From Nitrospinaceae bacterium (GTDB lineage: Bacteria > Nitrospinota > Nitrospinia > Nitrospinales > VA-1): DNA of 64,000 nt. This document shows positions 31,171 to 40,565 of this stretch, piece after piece. The translations under genes were made by a program, and so were the position numbers. Location: positions 170,278 through 234,277 of the forward strand of contig BQJC01000004.1 of NCBI GenBank assembly GCA_021604505.1. Reading direction: 5' to 3'. How positions within the stretch are numbered: the first letter of the stretch is position 1; each line of letters begins with the position of its first letter. The notes under the pieces were generated by a model that saw only the letters and a program-made list of their open reading frames with translations, was not told where the DNA came from and did not search any database.

Positions 31171-31557
31171 ATGAACTGGATTTCACTGGGCGCAGGATTG
31201 GGCGGGTTGAGTGTCATGCTGGGCGCATTCGGTGCGCACTCGTTAAAAGACCGTCTGACCGAACAGAAACTCGCGACCTTTCACACCGCCACCGACTATC
31301 TGGGGTATCACGCCCTGGCCCTCATTCTGGTCGGCATTCTCGTTTTGGTACTCGGAGAAACCGGAGCTAATGCCTTAAAGAAGGTGGGAATCTTTTTCAC
31401 CACCGGAATCGTATTGTTCTCCGGCAGTCTCTACGCCCTGGCTTTCGACGGCCCCCGCTTTTTCGGACCCGTCACCCCTTTCGGAGGACTGTTCTTCATG
31501 ATGGGCTGGTTCACCCTGATGGTGGTCGTCGCCAAACAGCTTAAAACAAAAAACTAA
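31171..31557 (+). CDS. DUF423 (YgdD-like) small membrane protein
   Basis: 128 aa, four TM helices, GAFGAHSLKD motif. Confidence 0.75.
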   Translation: MNWISLGAGLGGLSVMLGAFGAHSLKDRLTEQKLATFHTATDYLGYHALALILVGILVLVLGETGANALKKVGIFFTTGIVLFSGSLYALAFDGPRFFGPVTPFGGLFFMMGWFTLMVVVAKQLKTKN

Positions 31558-31607
31558 AATTCATTTCTGGCGCAACAGACCTCTCTGTCAGATTCATAAT
31601 TCAGCCT

Positions 31608-33251
31608 CTAGCCCTTTTCAGACAATCGTTCCATTGGCGGAAGGTTGGCGTTTTTTTCCGGCTCTTCCGATTCGGCAAGTAATTTTATCAGTGGCAGATG
31701 GATCAATTGCCTGCCCTCATAGGTTGAAATTAATAAAAACAACCCCAGAGTAATGAGGTGTACTTCGGGATAGCTTATCAGCAGACGCCCCAGGGTTTGA
31801 AACTGGATGACAGGCAGACATAACAGGGCAACACATACCGTCCAGAGCAATCGACGCATGGCAATGTGTAAGCCATTGTCTTCAATCGTTCGATACATAT
31901 TGTCGACCAGTGATGTCAAAATGATGATCGGGAGTAGAATGACTTTACCGCCCCGACTTAGATCAAAATAATCCAGTGTCGAGACCGATAGCGCCATAAC
32001 CAGAGCTATCAGAGTAAAAATAATCGCCAGTCTTGGCTTACGTTTGATGTCACCGGGGAAAATACTCCGCCCAACCATGGCAAGGGAGCAAACAACCAGA
32101 AACATCACCAGGGTCATCAGTTTATCGTTGTAGACAAGCGCCAGCGCCAACAGGGTCGAAGTAAAGACGCCGTAACTTTTAAGACCCACGAAATTCCGCC
32201 ATAGCGAGGAAATCAATACACAAAACGGCAGTAAAAGCAGCAGGGCCAGTTCATCACGCGCGTCCATTGGCAGGTTCGTTAGATCCAGGATGCTCAACAC
32301 CGATCTGCCTTCGCTCTTCGGCAAATAGGGGTAATCGAATTCGCGTTCCAGGCCGAAACTCAGTTGCAATAAATCACCGTTCCAAACCTGAACGATTTTT
32401 TCACCATTGCGTCTCATTGGCAAATAGGAAGCGGGCAGGTCATGCCGGAAACCATAATGCACATCGTAGGCCAGCCATTTATGATCCCTATTAACCTCGA
32501 CCCAATAGTGAGGTTTTGGATCAAAATCCTCCTTCAATACAAAACCAGCAACCAATCTGGCAGGAATACCCGCCGCTCGGCTCAAAGCGACCATCCCCAA
32601 AGAACGGTCAAGGGTGGTTCCCTTTTTCCTTTGCAGAGTGGACGGAACGTTTAAAACACTTTTTTCATTACTGTCAGCAAAGCGGTTCAGGTAGTCAAAA
32701 ATAAAGTCGATGGTTTGACCTCGGTCTGTATTTGCAGAGGTTATTTGTTGAAGAGTTTCAACGACTACCGGGGACTGAATCTGAAGATAGTCTCCATCCA
32801 GAAGGAATTTTTCCCTTTGCCTAGTATCCAATTCAGAATTTTTGACCCAATATTGAAACTTAAATAGATTGGTTTGATGCAATATAAATTCAAAACTCAT
32901 TTTGAGTTCACCACTTTTCGTCGCAAGGGCCTGGATACTGCGCCGCTGATCCACATCCTCACTCCAGTTACGGACCCTAAAACCAGGGTGCCTGAGTTGA
33001 CGTTGTAAAATATGCAAATATGGGCTCTCAGCGGGAGGAAAGATTCGCACGGCTGTGGTCTCTGCTTTACTTTTTACAGCCAGGTCAATGGTCAAACGCC
33101 ATAACCTATCACCTTCAACAAGCGTCGCCTGGCCTGAAAACCAGATCCGGCCACCAATAAATGCGATGGCTAAGGTGATCAAAACAATCACGTGGAAAGA
33201 GTTGTTTTGATTGGTTTTCTCTTGTGAAGGGTTTTCGTTCGGTTCACTCAT
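31608..33251 (-). CDS. inactive-transglutaminase domain fused to a 7TM module (UUP1-type membrane protein)
   Basis: N-terminal TM helix, then a periplasmic transglutaminase-like core KKGTTLDRSLGMVALSRAAGIPARLVAGF...HYWVEV...AYDV in which the catalytic Cys position is Thr. A C-terminal block of about 7 TM helices follows. Confidence 0.75.
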   Translation of the reverse strand: MSEPNENPSQEKTNQNNSFHVIVLITLAIAFIGGRIWFSGQATLVEGDRLWRLTIDLAVKSKAETTAVRIFPPAESPYLHILQRQLRHPGFRVRNWSEDVDQRRSIQALATKSGELKMSFEFILHQTNLFKFQYWVKNSELDTRQREKFLLDGDYLQIQSPVVVETLQQITSANTDRGQTIDFIFDYLNRFADSNEKSVLNVPSTLQRKKGTTLDRSLGMVALSRAAGIPARLVAGFVLKEDFDPKPHYWVEVNRDHKWLAYDVHYGFRHDLPASYLPMRRNGEKIVQVWNGDLLQLSFGLEREFDYPYLPKSEGRSVLSILDLTNLPMDARDELALLLLLPFCVLISSLWRNFVGLKSYGVFTSTLLALALVYNDKLMTLVMFLVVCSLAMVGRSIFPGDIKRKPRLAIIFTLIALVMALSVSTLDYFDLSRGGKVILLPIIILTSLVDNMYRTIEDNGLHIAMRRLLWTVCVALLCLPVIQFQTLGRLLISYPEVHLITLGLFLLISTYEGRQLIHLPLIKLLAESEEPEKNANLPPMERLSEKG

Positions 33252-33275
33252 GCATATTCACAAGGTATGAAGGTT

Positions 33276-33291
33276 AAATCACCTGTGATTT
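33276..33291. promoter_or_regulatory. perfect inverted repeat in a divergent promoter region (candidate operator)
   Basis: AAATCAC-ct-GTGATTT, located 25 nt upstream of the 7TM gene start and about 120 nt upstream of the protease gene. Confidence 0.35.
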
Positions 33292-33411
33292 TCGAGCCTG
33301 ATTGTAAATATTACTGTCTAACATTTTGAAAATGAGCCTATAATTTGTTGTTATCGTAAAAACACATGTCTATATATTTTAATCCTGGGTTATTAAAAAG
33401 GGAAATCCCTG

Positions 33412-33924
33412 ATGCCCAAACGGTCAGTGTCCATTAATTTATTACCGATATTTGTACTCCCAGTGTTACTTGGTGCCTCACAGGGTACAACAAAACAGGC
33501 CATTGGCTGGGTGGAGTATGTGAATGTAGGCAAACAAAACTTCAGGCTTGAGAGTAAAGTTGACACAGGCGCGGACTTTTCGTCTATCAACGGAGAAATA
33601 CTCAAAAAGTTTACCGTTGATGGTGAGGAATGGGTCCAGTTCAGAGTGGAAAGCAAACAAAACCAGTCGATTAACCTGGAACGAAAAATTGAGCGGTACG
33701 CGGAAATCAAAGGCCGGTTAATACCATCCATAAAACGACCCGTTGTCAGGCTGGGAGTATGTCTTGGTAATATTTTTCGCGATATTGAAGTAAATCTCGC
33801 GGAAAGAAAAAACTTTAACTATCCGATGCTGATCGGTCGAAATTTTCTGCAGGGGGTTTTCTTGATCGATTCTGAAATCACACATACGATCCAGCCGTCC
33901 TGTAGAGAAATACCTGGCAATTGA
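33412..33924 (+). CDS. secreted retropepsin-like aspartic protease (the family misnamed 'ATP-dependent Zn protease', RimB-like)
   Basis: Signal peptide, then IGWVEYVNV...LESKVDTGADFSSI...WVQFRV...MLIGRNFLQGVFLID. DTGA is the active-site motif. Confidence 0.8.
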   Translation: MPKRSVSINLLPIFVLPVLLGASQGTTKQAIGWVEYVNVGKQNFRLESKVDTGADFSSINGEILKKFTVDGEEWVQFRVESKQNQSINLERKIERYAEIKGRLIPSIKRPVVRLGVCLGNIFRDIEVNLAERKNFNYPMLIGRNFLQGVFLIDSEITHTIQPSCREIPGN

Positions 33925-33957
33925 GAATTCAGACGTTGCATTAATGGGTCTTGAAAG

Positions 33958-34791
33958 TCACCCCTGGATAAGAGCGTGTTTCCACTTTGTCCGGTACACC
34001 CAATACAGCCCGAGACTCATGAGAACGATGACCGTCGAATGCAGGGCAAGCGACCCAGTATCCAACACCGGACTGAATTGAATCCTGCCGCGAATCTCCC
34101 CCGTATAGTGTTTCAGTTTTTCTCCATATTCGATCATCAGATGCACCGGGTAACTGCCGCCAAGGCTCCCCACGGCCAGTTCCACCGGCACTTGAAAGAA
34201 TTTCTGCTCGCCACCGCGCAGGGTGAACCCCATCATCCCCTTGAAATTTTCCGCGATCACCCCCGGAGGCAGTAAGAGCATCATGCGTACATTCTTGAGC
34301 CCCTGGGAATTGTTCTGCAACAGCACATTTAAAAACGACCCTCCCGGCTCAACGATGGATTCGATCCTGCCATTGACCATGGACTCCACCGGTTCCTGAA
34401 AGTAAAAAGAATCGGTATGCAGGACCGTTGCCGGAACCGGCTGTTCCTCCTTGCTTTTGTAATGCGCCATCACCACCAGGGGATAGCGTCCCGCACGGAT
34501 CACGGCAGGGTGATCGCTGTTTTCAAGCGTCACGGTTTTTCCCGGTTCCAGTTTTGGGATCATCGGCATCATCACATTCGTGTGATGAAAATGGAACATG
34601 GGATGAATGTGAAACAAAGGTTTGCCGGCGGTGTTTTTAAGCGTCAAAAAAACCTTCACCCCTCCCCTGGCATCCACCTCACTTTTCGTCGACAATTGCA
34701 GAAACGCATCATCGGCAAGGGCGGGTTGAGAAAAAATCAAACCTGACAAAAGCGCAAAGCCTACACCTGATCTAAATATAGATAAAATCAT
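33958..34791 (-). CDS. secreted protein with C-terminal TM anchor and a His/Met-rich motif
   Basis: Signal peptide ending PALADD, two beta-sandwich-like halves, FHIHPMFHFHHTNVMMPMIP, and C-terminal helix LHSTVIVLMSLGLYWVY. Confidence 0.55.
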   Translation of the reverse strand: MILSIFRSGVGFALLSGLIFSQPALADDAFLQLSTKSEVDARGGVKVFLTLKNTAGKPLFHIHPMFHFHHTNVMMPMIPKLEPGKTVTLENSDHPAVIRAGRYPLVVMAHYKSKEEQPVPATVLHTDSFYFQEPVESMVNGRIESIVEPGGSFLNVLLQNNSQGLKNVRMMLLLPPGVIAENFKGMMGFTLRGGEQKFFQVPVELAVGSLGGSYPVHLMIEYGEKLKHYTGEIRGRIQFSPVLDTGSLALHSTVIVLMSLGLYWVYRTKWKHALIQG

Positions 34792-34905
34792 TGGGCGATC
34801 CTGTTTTTCCGGGGGTCTTGCTCATCCTCAATTTTAACATAAGGAAAATGAAAACTGTTATTATGGGTGGAGTCCGCCGAGAAAAAATTTCAAAGGAGAA
34901 ATGTT

Positions 34906-35661
34906 ATGGACGGTTTTCTGGTGATATTTGTTTTACTGGCCCTTTTGATCTTCAGCGCGGTCAAAATCCTGCGCGAATACGAGCGAGGCGTGATCTTTCT
35001 CCTGGGGAAGTTCTGGAAAGTCAAAGGTCCCGGACTCATCATCGTCATCCCCGGCATTCAAAAAATGGTCAAAGTGAGCCTGCGCACCGTGGTCATGGAC
35101 GTACCGCCTCAGGACATCATCACCAAAGACAACGTCACCGTCAAAGTAAACGCCGTCGTTTATTTCCGTGTGATCGATCCCCGAAGCGCCATCATCGAAG
35201 TGGAGGATTACCTCTATGCAACCTCGCAATTGTCGCAAACGACGTTGAGAAGCACCCTTGGACAAAGTCAGCTGGATGATTTATTATCCCGGCGGGATGA
35301 GATCAACACCCAGTTGCAGCAGGTCATCGACCAGCAAACCGAACCCTGGGGCGTGAAAGTGGCCAACGTGGAAGTCAAGAATGTCGATCTGCCGCAGGAA
35401 ATGCAGCGCGCCCTCGCAAAGCAGGCGGAAGCGGAACGCGAACGGCGGGCCAAAGTCATCAACGCCCAGGGCGAATTCGAAGCGGCGCAAAAAATCAGCG
35501 AAGCGGCGGACCAGATCGGCGCGCACCCCCCTGCCCTGCAACTGAGGTTCCTGCAAACCCTCGTGGACATGTCCACCGAGCGCAGCACCACGACCTTTGT
35601 TCCCATACCCATGGATCTGTTCGACCAGTTCCAGAAAACAAGACCCAAAAAGGAGGAATAA
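34906..35661 (+). CDS. SPFH/band-7 (stomatin-like) protein
   Basis: [16 protein letters not shown]...GPGLIIVIP...[34 protein letters not shown] at 34906 is preceded by AAGGAG. Confidence 0.92.
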   Translation: MDGFLVIFVLLALLIFSAVKILREYERGVIFLLGKFWKVKGPGLIIVIPGIQKMVKVSLRTVVMDVPPQDIITKDNVTVKVNAVVYFRVIDPRSAIIEVEDYLYATSQLSQTTLRSTLGQSQLDDLLSRRDEINTQLQQVIDQQTEPWGVKVANVEVKNVDLPQEMQRALAKQAEAERERRAKVINAQGEFEAAQKISEAADQIGAHPPALQLRFLQTLVDMSTERSTTTFVPIPMDLFDQFQKTRPKKEE

Positions 35662-35693
35662 GAAAACGGTTTAGTTGCGTGCCTTCACCCTGA

Positions 35694-35879
35694 ATGAATA
35701 TGACCACCGACGAACAAAAAATAGCTGTTATGATAGAGGTTATCGATGGTACAAGTGCCATTTTAACTTCCGGTTGGAAAATGAACAAAGCCAGCGGCGT
35801 CATCCATAAGGAGCTTTGGGTCATTCAACAGAATGGAACCGCGAAACTACGGGAAGATGATTTTGAAGCCAGCGGCTGA
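35694..35879 (+). CDS. small hypothetical protein (61 aa)
   Basis: ORF only, no obvious Shine-Dalgarno sequence. Confidence 0.3.
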   Translation: MNMTTDEQKIAVMIEVIDGTSAILTSGWKMNKASGVIHKELWVIQQNGTAKLREDDFEASG

Positions 35880-35942
35880 CGTTCTGAACGCACTCACCCA
35901 CTCAAATTCACAACGGAACGGAACAGCAAGGTCGTCCGCAAT

Positions 35943-36272
35943 ATGGCCTATTTATATTTAGCAATAGCAATCGTCGCGGAAGTCGCCGCAACTAGTGCTT
36001 TGAAGGCATCTGAAGAATTCACGAAACTGGTTCCGAGCGGAATCGTGATTGTCGGGTATGGAGTCTCATTCTTTTGTTTGACCCTGGTCCTTCGATCCAT
36101 GTCGGTAGGAATTGCGTACGCCATCTGGTCGGGGTTGGGAATCGTCCTGGTGACCCTGATCGCCATTCCCCTCTACGATCAGATTCCTGATAAACCCGCA
36201 ATGATCGGCATGGGTCTGATCATCCTTGGAGTGGTCCTTATCAATGCATTCTCCAAAACATCCGCGCACTGA
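35943..36272 (+). CDS. SMR-family small multidrug efflux protein (EmrE/QacE-like)
   Basis: 109 aa, four TM helices, conserved membrane Glu in AIAIVAEVAATSALK, and AYAIWSGLGIV. Confidence 0.9.
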   Translation: MAYLYLAIAIVAEVAATSALKASEEFTKLVPSGIVIVGYGVSFFCLTLVLRSMSVGIAYAIWSGLGIVLVTLIAIPLYDQIPDKPAMIGMGLIILGVVLINAFSKTSAH

Positions 36273-36382
36273 GCTTTAGCCTCCCTGCAAGCCAAACCCT
36301 TCTACTGCAGACAATTGCCGACTGGATTGTCTCCAAGGGTTCCAGTTTATCCTCTATTAAAAATTTTTAATCTGTTCCCGTA

Positions 36383-36411
36383 TTGACAGAAAAATTAAGA
36401 CTTTTTATAAA
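36383..36411 (+). promoter_or_regulatory. near-consensus sigma70 promoter
   Basis: TTGACA, 17 nt spacer, TATAAA. About 115 nt upstream of the ATG at 36527. Confidence 0.55.
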
Positions 36412-36526
36412 TGATCTACCGCACTTTTCTAAATCTACAAGTTCGGAGAACGGTTTAAAGGGGATCTTATCATTCTGGAAATTTGAACTGACCTAATTAA
36501 CATTTTTCAAAAAATGGAGACTCATT

Positions 36527-36895
36527 ATGAAAAAGCCGATACTCATTTTTTTTAGCGTGTTGCTATTCTCTCTGGCCGCCAATACGGGGCATGCACGAGA
36601 AATGAATCCATCCAATGATATTTCCGATAAAGCTGTTGCCATGGATCAAAAGGCATCTGGAACAATTTGCGCCAAAAAGCAATTGGAAAAGGCTGCGTTG
36701 GAAAATGGAAATCCGGAACTCCCATTTATGCTCCAGAGGGATCTTAAAACTTGTTTGGAAAAATGCTCTCAGGAATATGATTCCTGCGTCAGCGGAGCGG
36801 GCGATAATGCGGGCGCTCAATTCCGCTGCGGAGAAAAACGTTGGATGTGCACCCGAAGCTGTGACGATGCGTTTGCCCCACAACTGGAGCTTTAA
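36527..36895 (+). CDS. secreted Cys-rich hypothetical protein (122 aa)
   Basis: Signal peptide MKKPILIFFSVLLFSLAANTGHA. Eight Cys, including CLEKC and CTRSC pairs. Confidence 0.6.
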   Translation: MKKPILIFFSVLLFSLAANTGHAREMNPSNDISDKAVAMDQKASGTICAKKQLEKAALENGNPELPFMLQRDLKTCLEKCSQEYDSCVSGAGDNAGAQFRCGEKRWMCTRSCDDAFAPQLEL

Positions 36896-37226
36896 CGCCA
36901 GCGCATTGTAAACGTTTCACTCAATCTGAAGGCCACCGAATAGCGTTCAATGATAAGGTCCCCTTTTATCTGGCTACGCTTTTGGCATACTGAAGATTTT
37001 TGCACCTGATACGGACGGCTTTCTCCTCAACAGGTGATTAGCCTCTGAAAAAAAAAGGCTTACGCCAAAATTATCGGCATTATTAAAGTGGGAAGTTACC
37101 AGGGGGAAAATAGGCAAAACAAATTACTCTTCCTGAAGAGAACCTGCCTGCGAAACAGCTGCGTTTGTGGGATAATGAAATTGGCAGAAGAATAATGCTC
37201 CCGGATACTAATTCGAGTTTTCCCCC

Positions 37227-40200
37227 ATGGAACCAGGCCGATACATAGAGGATTTTCTCCAACGCGTGCGCAAAAAACGCATCCGGGTTTTGACCCTGAA
37301 GGGGCTCTATCTCCTTTTGGCTTTTTTGACGGGCAGTTTCCTCCTCGGCAACCTCTTATCCTATTATTTTCCCGATCATATCCGGGAATTCTGGTTGCCC
37401 TCATTGATCCTTTTCGGGGCTGTTTTCGCGTACCTGCTGCATTATTGTTTTCTTCGCGAGGAGGCCACGTCCTTTTCGCTCGATCAGGCCGCCTTGTTAA
37501 CGGAGAAGAAATTCCCCGATCTGGACAATTCCCTCATCAACGCCAGTCAGCTCAAGCGGCACCTGTCGTATCCGGAAAAAGACCGCGACATCTCCCTCGC
37601 GTTTATCCAGGAACAAATCCGGCAGGCTCAATCTCAAATTGAAAAGATCCCTGCGGAATCCATCATCGATTCCAAAGAAGGAACGCGAAACCGTAACTGG
37701 TTTGTAGGTACGCTGGGTTCTCTTCTGATCGTTAGCTTTTTGCTGCCGGATTTTTTAAGCAAAGGATTCAATAACCTGATATCTCCTTCGCTTCCTGCCA
37801 CTTCGCAAATTCAGGCCAGTGCACTAAAACCCGTGCCAAAGCCTGAGACTTCCGTTGGAAAATTTGCGATCTCGGATCTGAAGCTGACATTTAATTACCC
37901 GGCTTACACCGGGATGGAAGCCGAAGTGGCCCATCCCTCGGACGGTAAGATCCAGGTATTGCCCGGCACCGAGGTTCAAGTGGAGGGAACCGTCAATCTA
38001 CCGATTACCGGTGGGGAACTGGTGTGGAACGCCCGGGACAACTTTTCCATGCAAACCATGAAGGACAACGCGCTTTCCGCCCAGTTTCTCGTCAAGGAGC
38101 GAGGTTATTACCAGTTCAGGATCAAAGACCCTGAAGGGGATAAACACCTCCTGCCAAAAAAATATGCCGTCACGCTGACCCAGGATCAGGCGCCAAGCAT
38201 CGTTCTGTTCATTGCCAATCCGAAACCCGTGTATTACGCCAATGGCAAAATCGAATTGTTCTACGAAGCTCAAGACGATTTCGGCATTGAGGAAATCAAC
38301 TTAGTCGCTTTCGTCAACGGAGAACAAGTCAATCAAAGCGTGAAACGAATGAAAAACGGGGAACGCGAAAGCCAGGGCAATTATTCCTGGGCTCTCGGCG
38401 AAATGGCGTTCAAACCCGGCGATGAAGTGGAATATTTTCTGGAAATCAAGGACAACGACAATATTCAAGGTCCCAATACGGGGCAATCGGAAACGTTCTC
38501 CTTCACCATCTTTGATTCCAGAGAAGAACAGGAAAACCTGATCGCCCTTCAAGAAGAACTGACCGAAAAAATGATCGCCCAATTGGCTTCAGGTCTGGTC
38601 ATCGGCGCGCAAGCAAAAGCCATTCCCATCGATGCGATGAATTGGAAAAATCATCTGATCGCCAGCGCCGACTCCTTGATCGAGATCATCGGATTGGCGC
38701 AGCGCATCGAAGACCGGGCCAAGACCCTGGAGTATTTCCCCCGGCCTTACTTTAATCTTCTGAAGAACATCATCAACGGCTTAAACCAGATTCGCGATGA
38801 ACAGATCAATGCCATCAATAAAATTCATAACACCGTTTTAAAACCCACCCCGGTTGCCTTCGAGGTCCTGGATTTGAGCGCACTCAACGAACGATTGGTC
38901 TCGCAGTTGGAGACCAATATTTTATTTCTGGTGCGGATGACCAACCGTCAGAAACTGGACCAGGTGATGGATCTGGAACACGACCTCAATGAACTGGCGC
39001 AATCCCTTCAGGAAGAATTTGAAAAAATCCGCGATAAAAAAGCACCACAGAAATCCAACGAGGTGAAAAGAAAGATCGAACAGATTCGCCAGACCCTGGA
39101 AAAGATCATGGACCAGCTCGCCCGGCAAACCCAGTCCATGCCGGATGAATTTCTCAATCCCGGCTCCGTCAAGGGAATGAACATGGATCAGTTTTCCGCC
39201 TCCCTCGACCGCATCACGGATCTCATGGACCGCGGAAAAATCGACGAGGCCCAGGAAGAATTGCAAAAGATGGTCGAGGATCTTCAGACCCTCGCCAATC
39301 AACTGGATCAGGCCCGTTCGGACATGGATGAACTGATGGACATGAAAATCATGAAACAACTCGACCATTCGCTGGAAAAACTGCAACAACTGGAAAAAGA
39401 GCAGGAAAAACTGCTCAACCAGACCACAAAAATCAACCAATCCCTGCGCGAGGCGCAATCCAGACTATTTGAAGATTCCATCCAGCAGGTGTTTGCGGAA
39501 ATCAAAAAACACCTCAGCGAAATCCAGTCGATTCTCAAGGGCGATGATCAATACCTCGATCAGCATCCCGCCATGAAGGCCCTGAACAAACTTTTGGACA
39601 AGGAAATCGAGGTCAATCAGAAACTTCAGACATTGAGCCAGGAAACCATCGACGCCAACCAAAGTCCCCAGTTGGAGGATAATTTCATAAAACTCAATGA
39701 GGCAAGAAGAGAAATGGCGCAGTTGATGGCGGAGATGGATTCGCTTCGGGTCAAAGTGTTCCAAAGATTTAAAAACATTCTGCCACAGCTTCAGGAAAAA
39801 TACGACACGCTGGAAGAATTGACGGAACTCAACGATTTGAACGAATTCAACAACCTGTTTAAAAACGCTTACCCGGAAGTTTTCCAGTGGCAGAATAACA
39901 TCCGCACCACCCCCAACAAACGGGAAGACCTGGGTGACCGCCTCAACGAAGATCTCAAGCAGGTCACCCGGCTAAACAGCGAAATTTCCAAAAAGCTCGG
40001 CTCCATGATGCGCATGATTCAGGAAAGCGATCAGGCTCTGCTATCGGAAGAAAACAAATCTGCCATGCAAAAAATGGCCGAAGACGAAGCAGGCCTGAAA
40101 AGACAAGCCGAAAAGTTGGCCCAGCAGTTTAAGCAGATGAACAAAGATAACCCCATGATCACGCCGGACCTGGCCGCCAAAATGTCCCGCACCGGGCGGC

Positions 40201-40565
40201 ACATGAACCGGGCGCAGTCCAATCTCAGCGAAAATCAGGTCGAGAGGAGCATCAACGCCGAAAACCAGGCTCTCAAGGAGCTTCAGGAAACCCAGGAAAT
40301 GATCCAGGAAATCAAAGAGGCCAACAGCCAGCAGGGCAAGCAGGCGTCACGCTCAACCGCTTTTAAATTCGGTACCGGTCAATCCAGAGACTCACGGCGC
40401 GGCGGTTCGGTCCGTATGCAAAAAGAAAAGGTCCACCTGCCCTCCGAAGATCAATACAAAGTACCCAGTGAATTCAGGGAGGAGATTCTCCGCGCCATGA
40501 AAAAGCACACCCCAAAAAACTACCAGCGCATGGTCCAGGAATATTACAAGGAGCTGGTGAAATAA
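37227..40565 (+). CDS. large membrane-anchored coiled-coil protein (1112 aa), DUF4175-like
   Basis: 2-3 N-terminal TM helices. Two Ig-like segments (DQAPSIVLF...LFYEAQDDFGIEEINL). About 600 aa of Gln/Glu/Lys-rich coiled coil. C-terminal YQRMVQEYYKELVK. Confidence 0.6.
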   Translation: MEPGRYIEDFLQRVRKKRIRVLTLKGLYLLLAFLTGSFLLGNLLSYYFPDHIREFWLPSLILFGAVFAYLLHYCFLREEATSFSLDQAALLTEKKFPDLDNSLINASQLKRHLSYPEKDRDISLAFIQEQIRQAQSQIEKIPAESIIDSKEGTRNRNWFVGTLGSLLIVSFLLPDFLSKGFNNLISPSLPATSQIQASALKPVPKPETSVGKFAISDLKLTFNYPAYTGMEAEVAHPSDGKIQVLPGTEVQVEGTVNLPITGGELVWNARDNFSMQTMKDNALSAQFLVKERGYYQFRIKDPEGDKHLLPKKYAVTLTQDQAPSIVLFIANPKPVYYANGKIELFYEAQDDFGIEEINLVAFVNGEQVNQSVKRMKNGERESQGNYSWALGEMAFKPGDEVEYFLEIKDNDNIQGPNTGQSETFSFTIFDSREEQENLIALQEELTEKMIAQLASGLVIGAQAKAIPIDAMNWKNHLIASADSLIEIIGLAQRIEDRAKTLEYFPRPYFNLLKNIINGLNQIRDEQINAINKIHNTVLKPTPVAFEVLDLSALNERLVSQLETNILFLVRMTNRQKLDQVMDLEHDLNELAQSLQEEFEKIRDKKAPQKSNEVKRKIEQIRQTLEKIMDQLARQTQSMPDEFLNPGSVKGMNMDQFSASLDRITDLMDRGKIDEAQEELQKMVEDLQTLANQLDQARSDMDELMDMKIMKQLDHSLEKLQQLEKEQEKLLNQTTKINQSLREAQSRLFEDSIQQVFAEIKKHLSEIQSILKGDDQYLDQHPAMKALNKLLDKEIEVNQKLQTLSQETIDANQSPQLEDNFIKLNEARREMAQLMAEMDSLRVKVFQRFKNILPQLQEKYDTLEELTELNDLNEFNNLFKNAYPEVFQWQNNIRTTPNKREDLGDRLNEDLKQVTRLNSEISKKLGSMMRMIQESDQALLSEENKSAMQKMAEDEAGLKRQAEKLAQQFKQMNKDNPMITPDLAAKMSRTGRHMNRAQSNLSENQVERSINAENQALKELQETQEMIQEIKEANSQQGKQASRSTAFKFGTGQSRDSRRGGSVRMQKEKVHLPSEDQYKVPSEFREEILRAMKKHTPKNYQRMVQEYYKELVK

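Noticed and set aside
37096-37404. 102-aa minus-strand ORF overlapping the start of the 1112-aa gene
   Set aside because: It is Arg/Cys/Gly-rich with no Shine-Dalgarno sequence. It conflicts with the N-terminal TM helices of the large gene on the plus strand.
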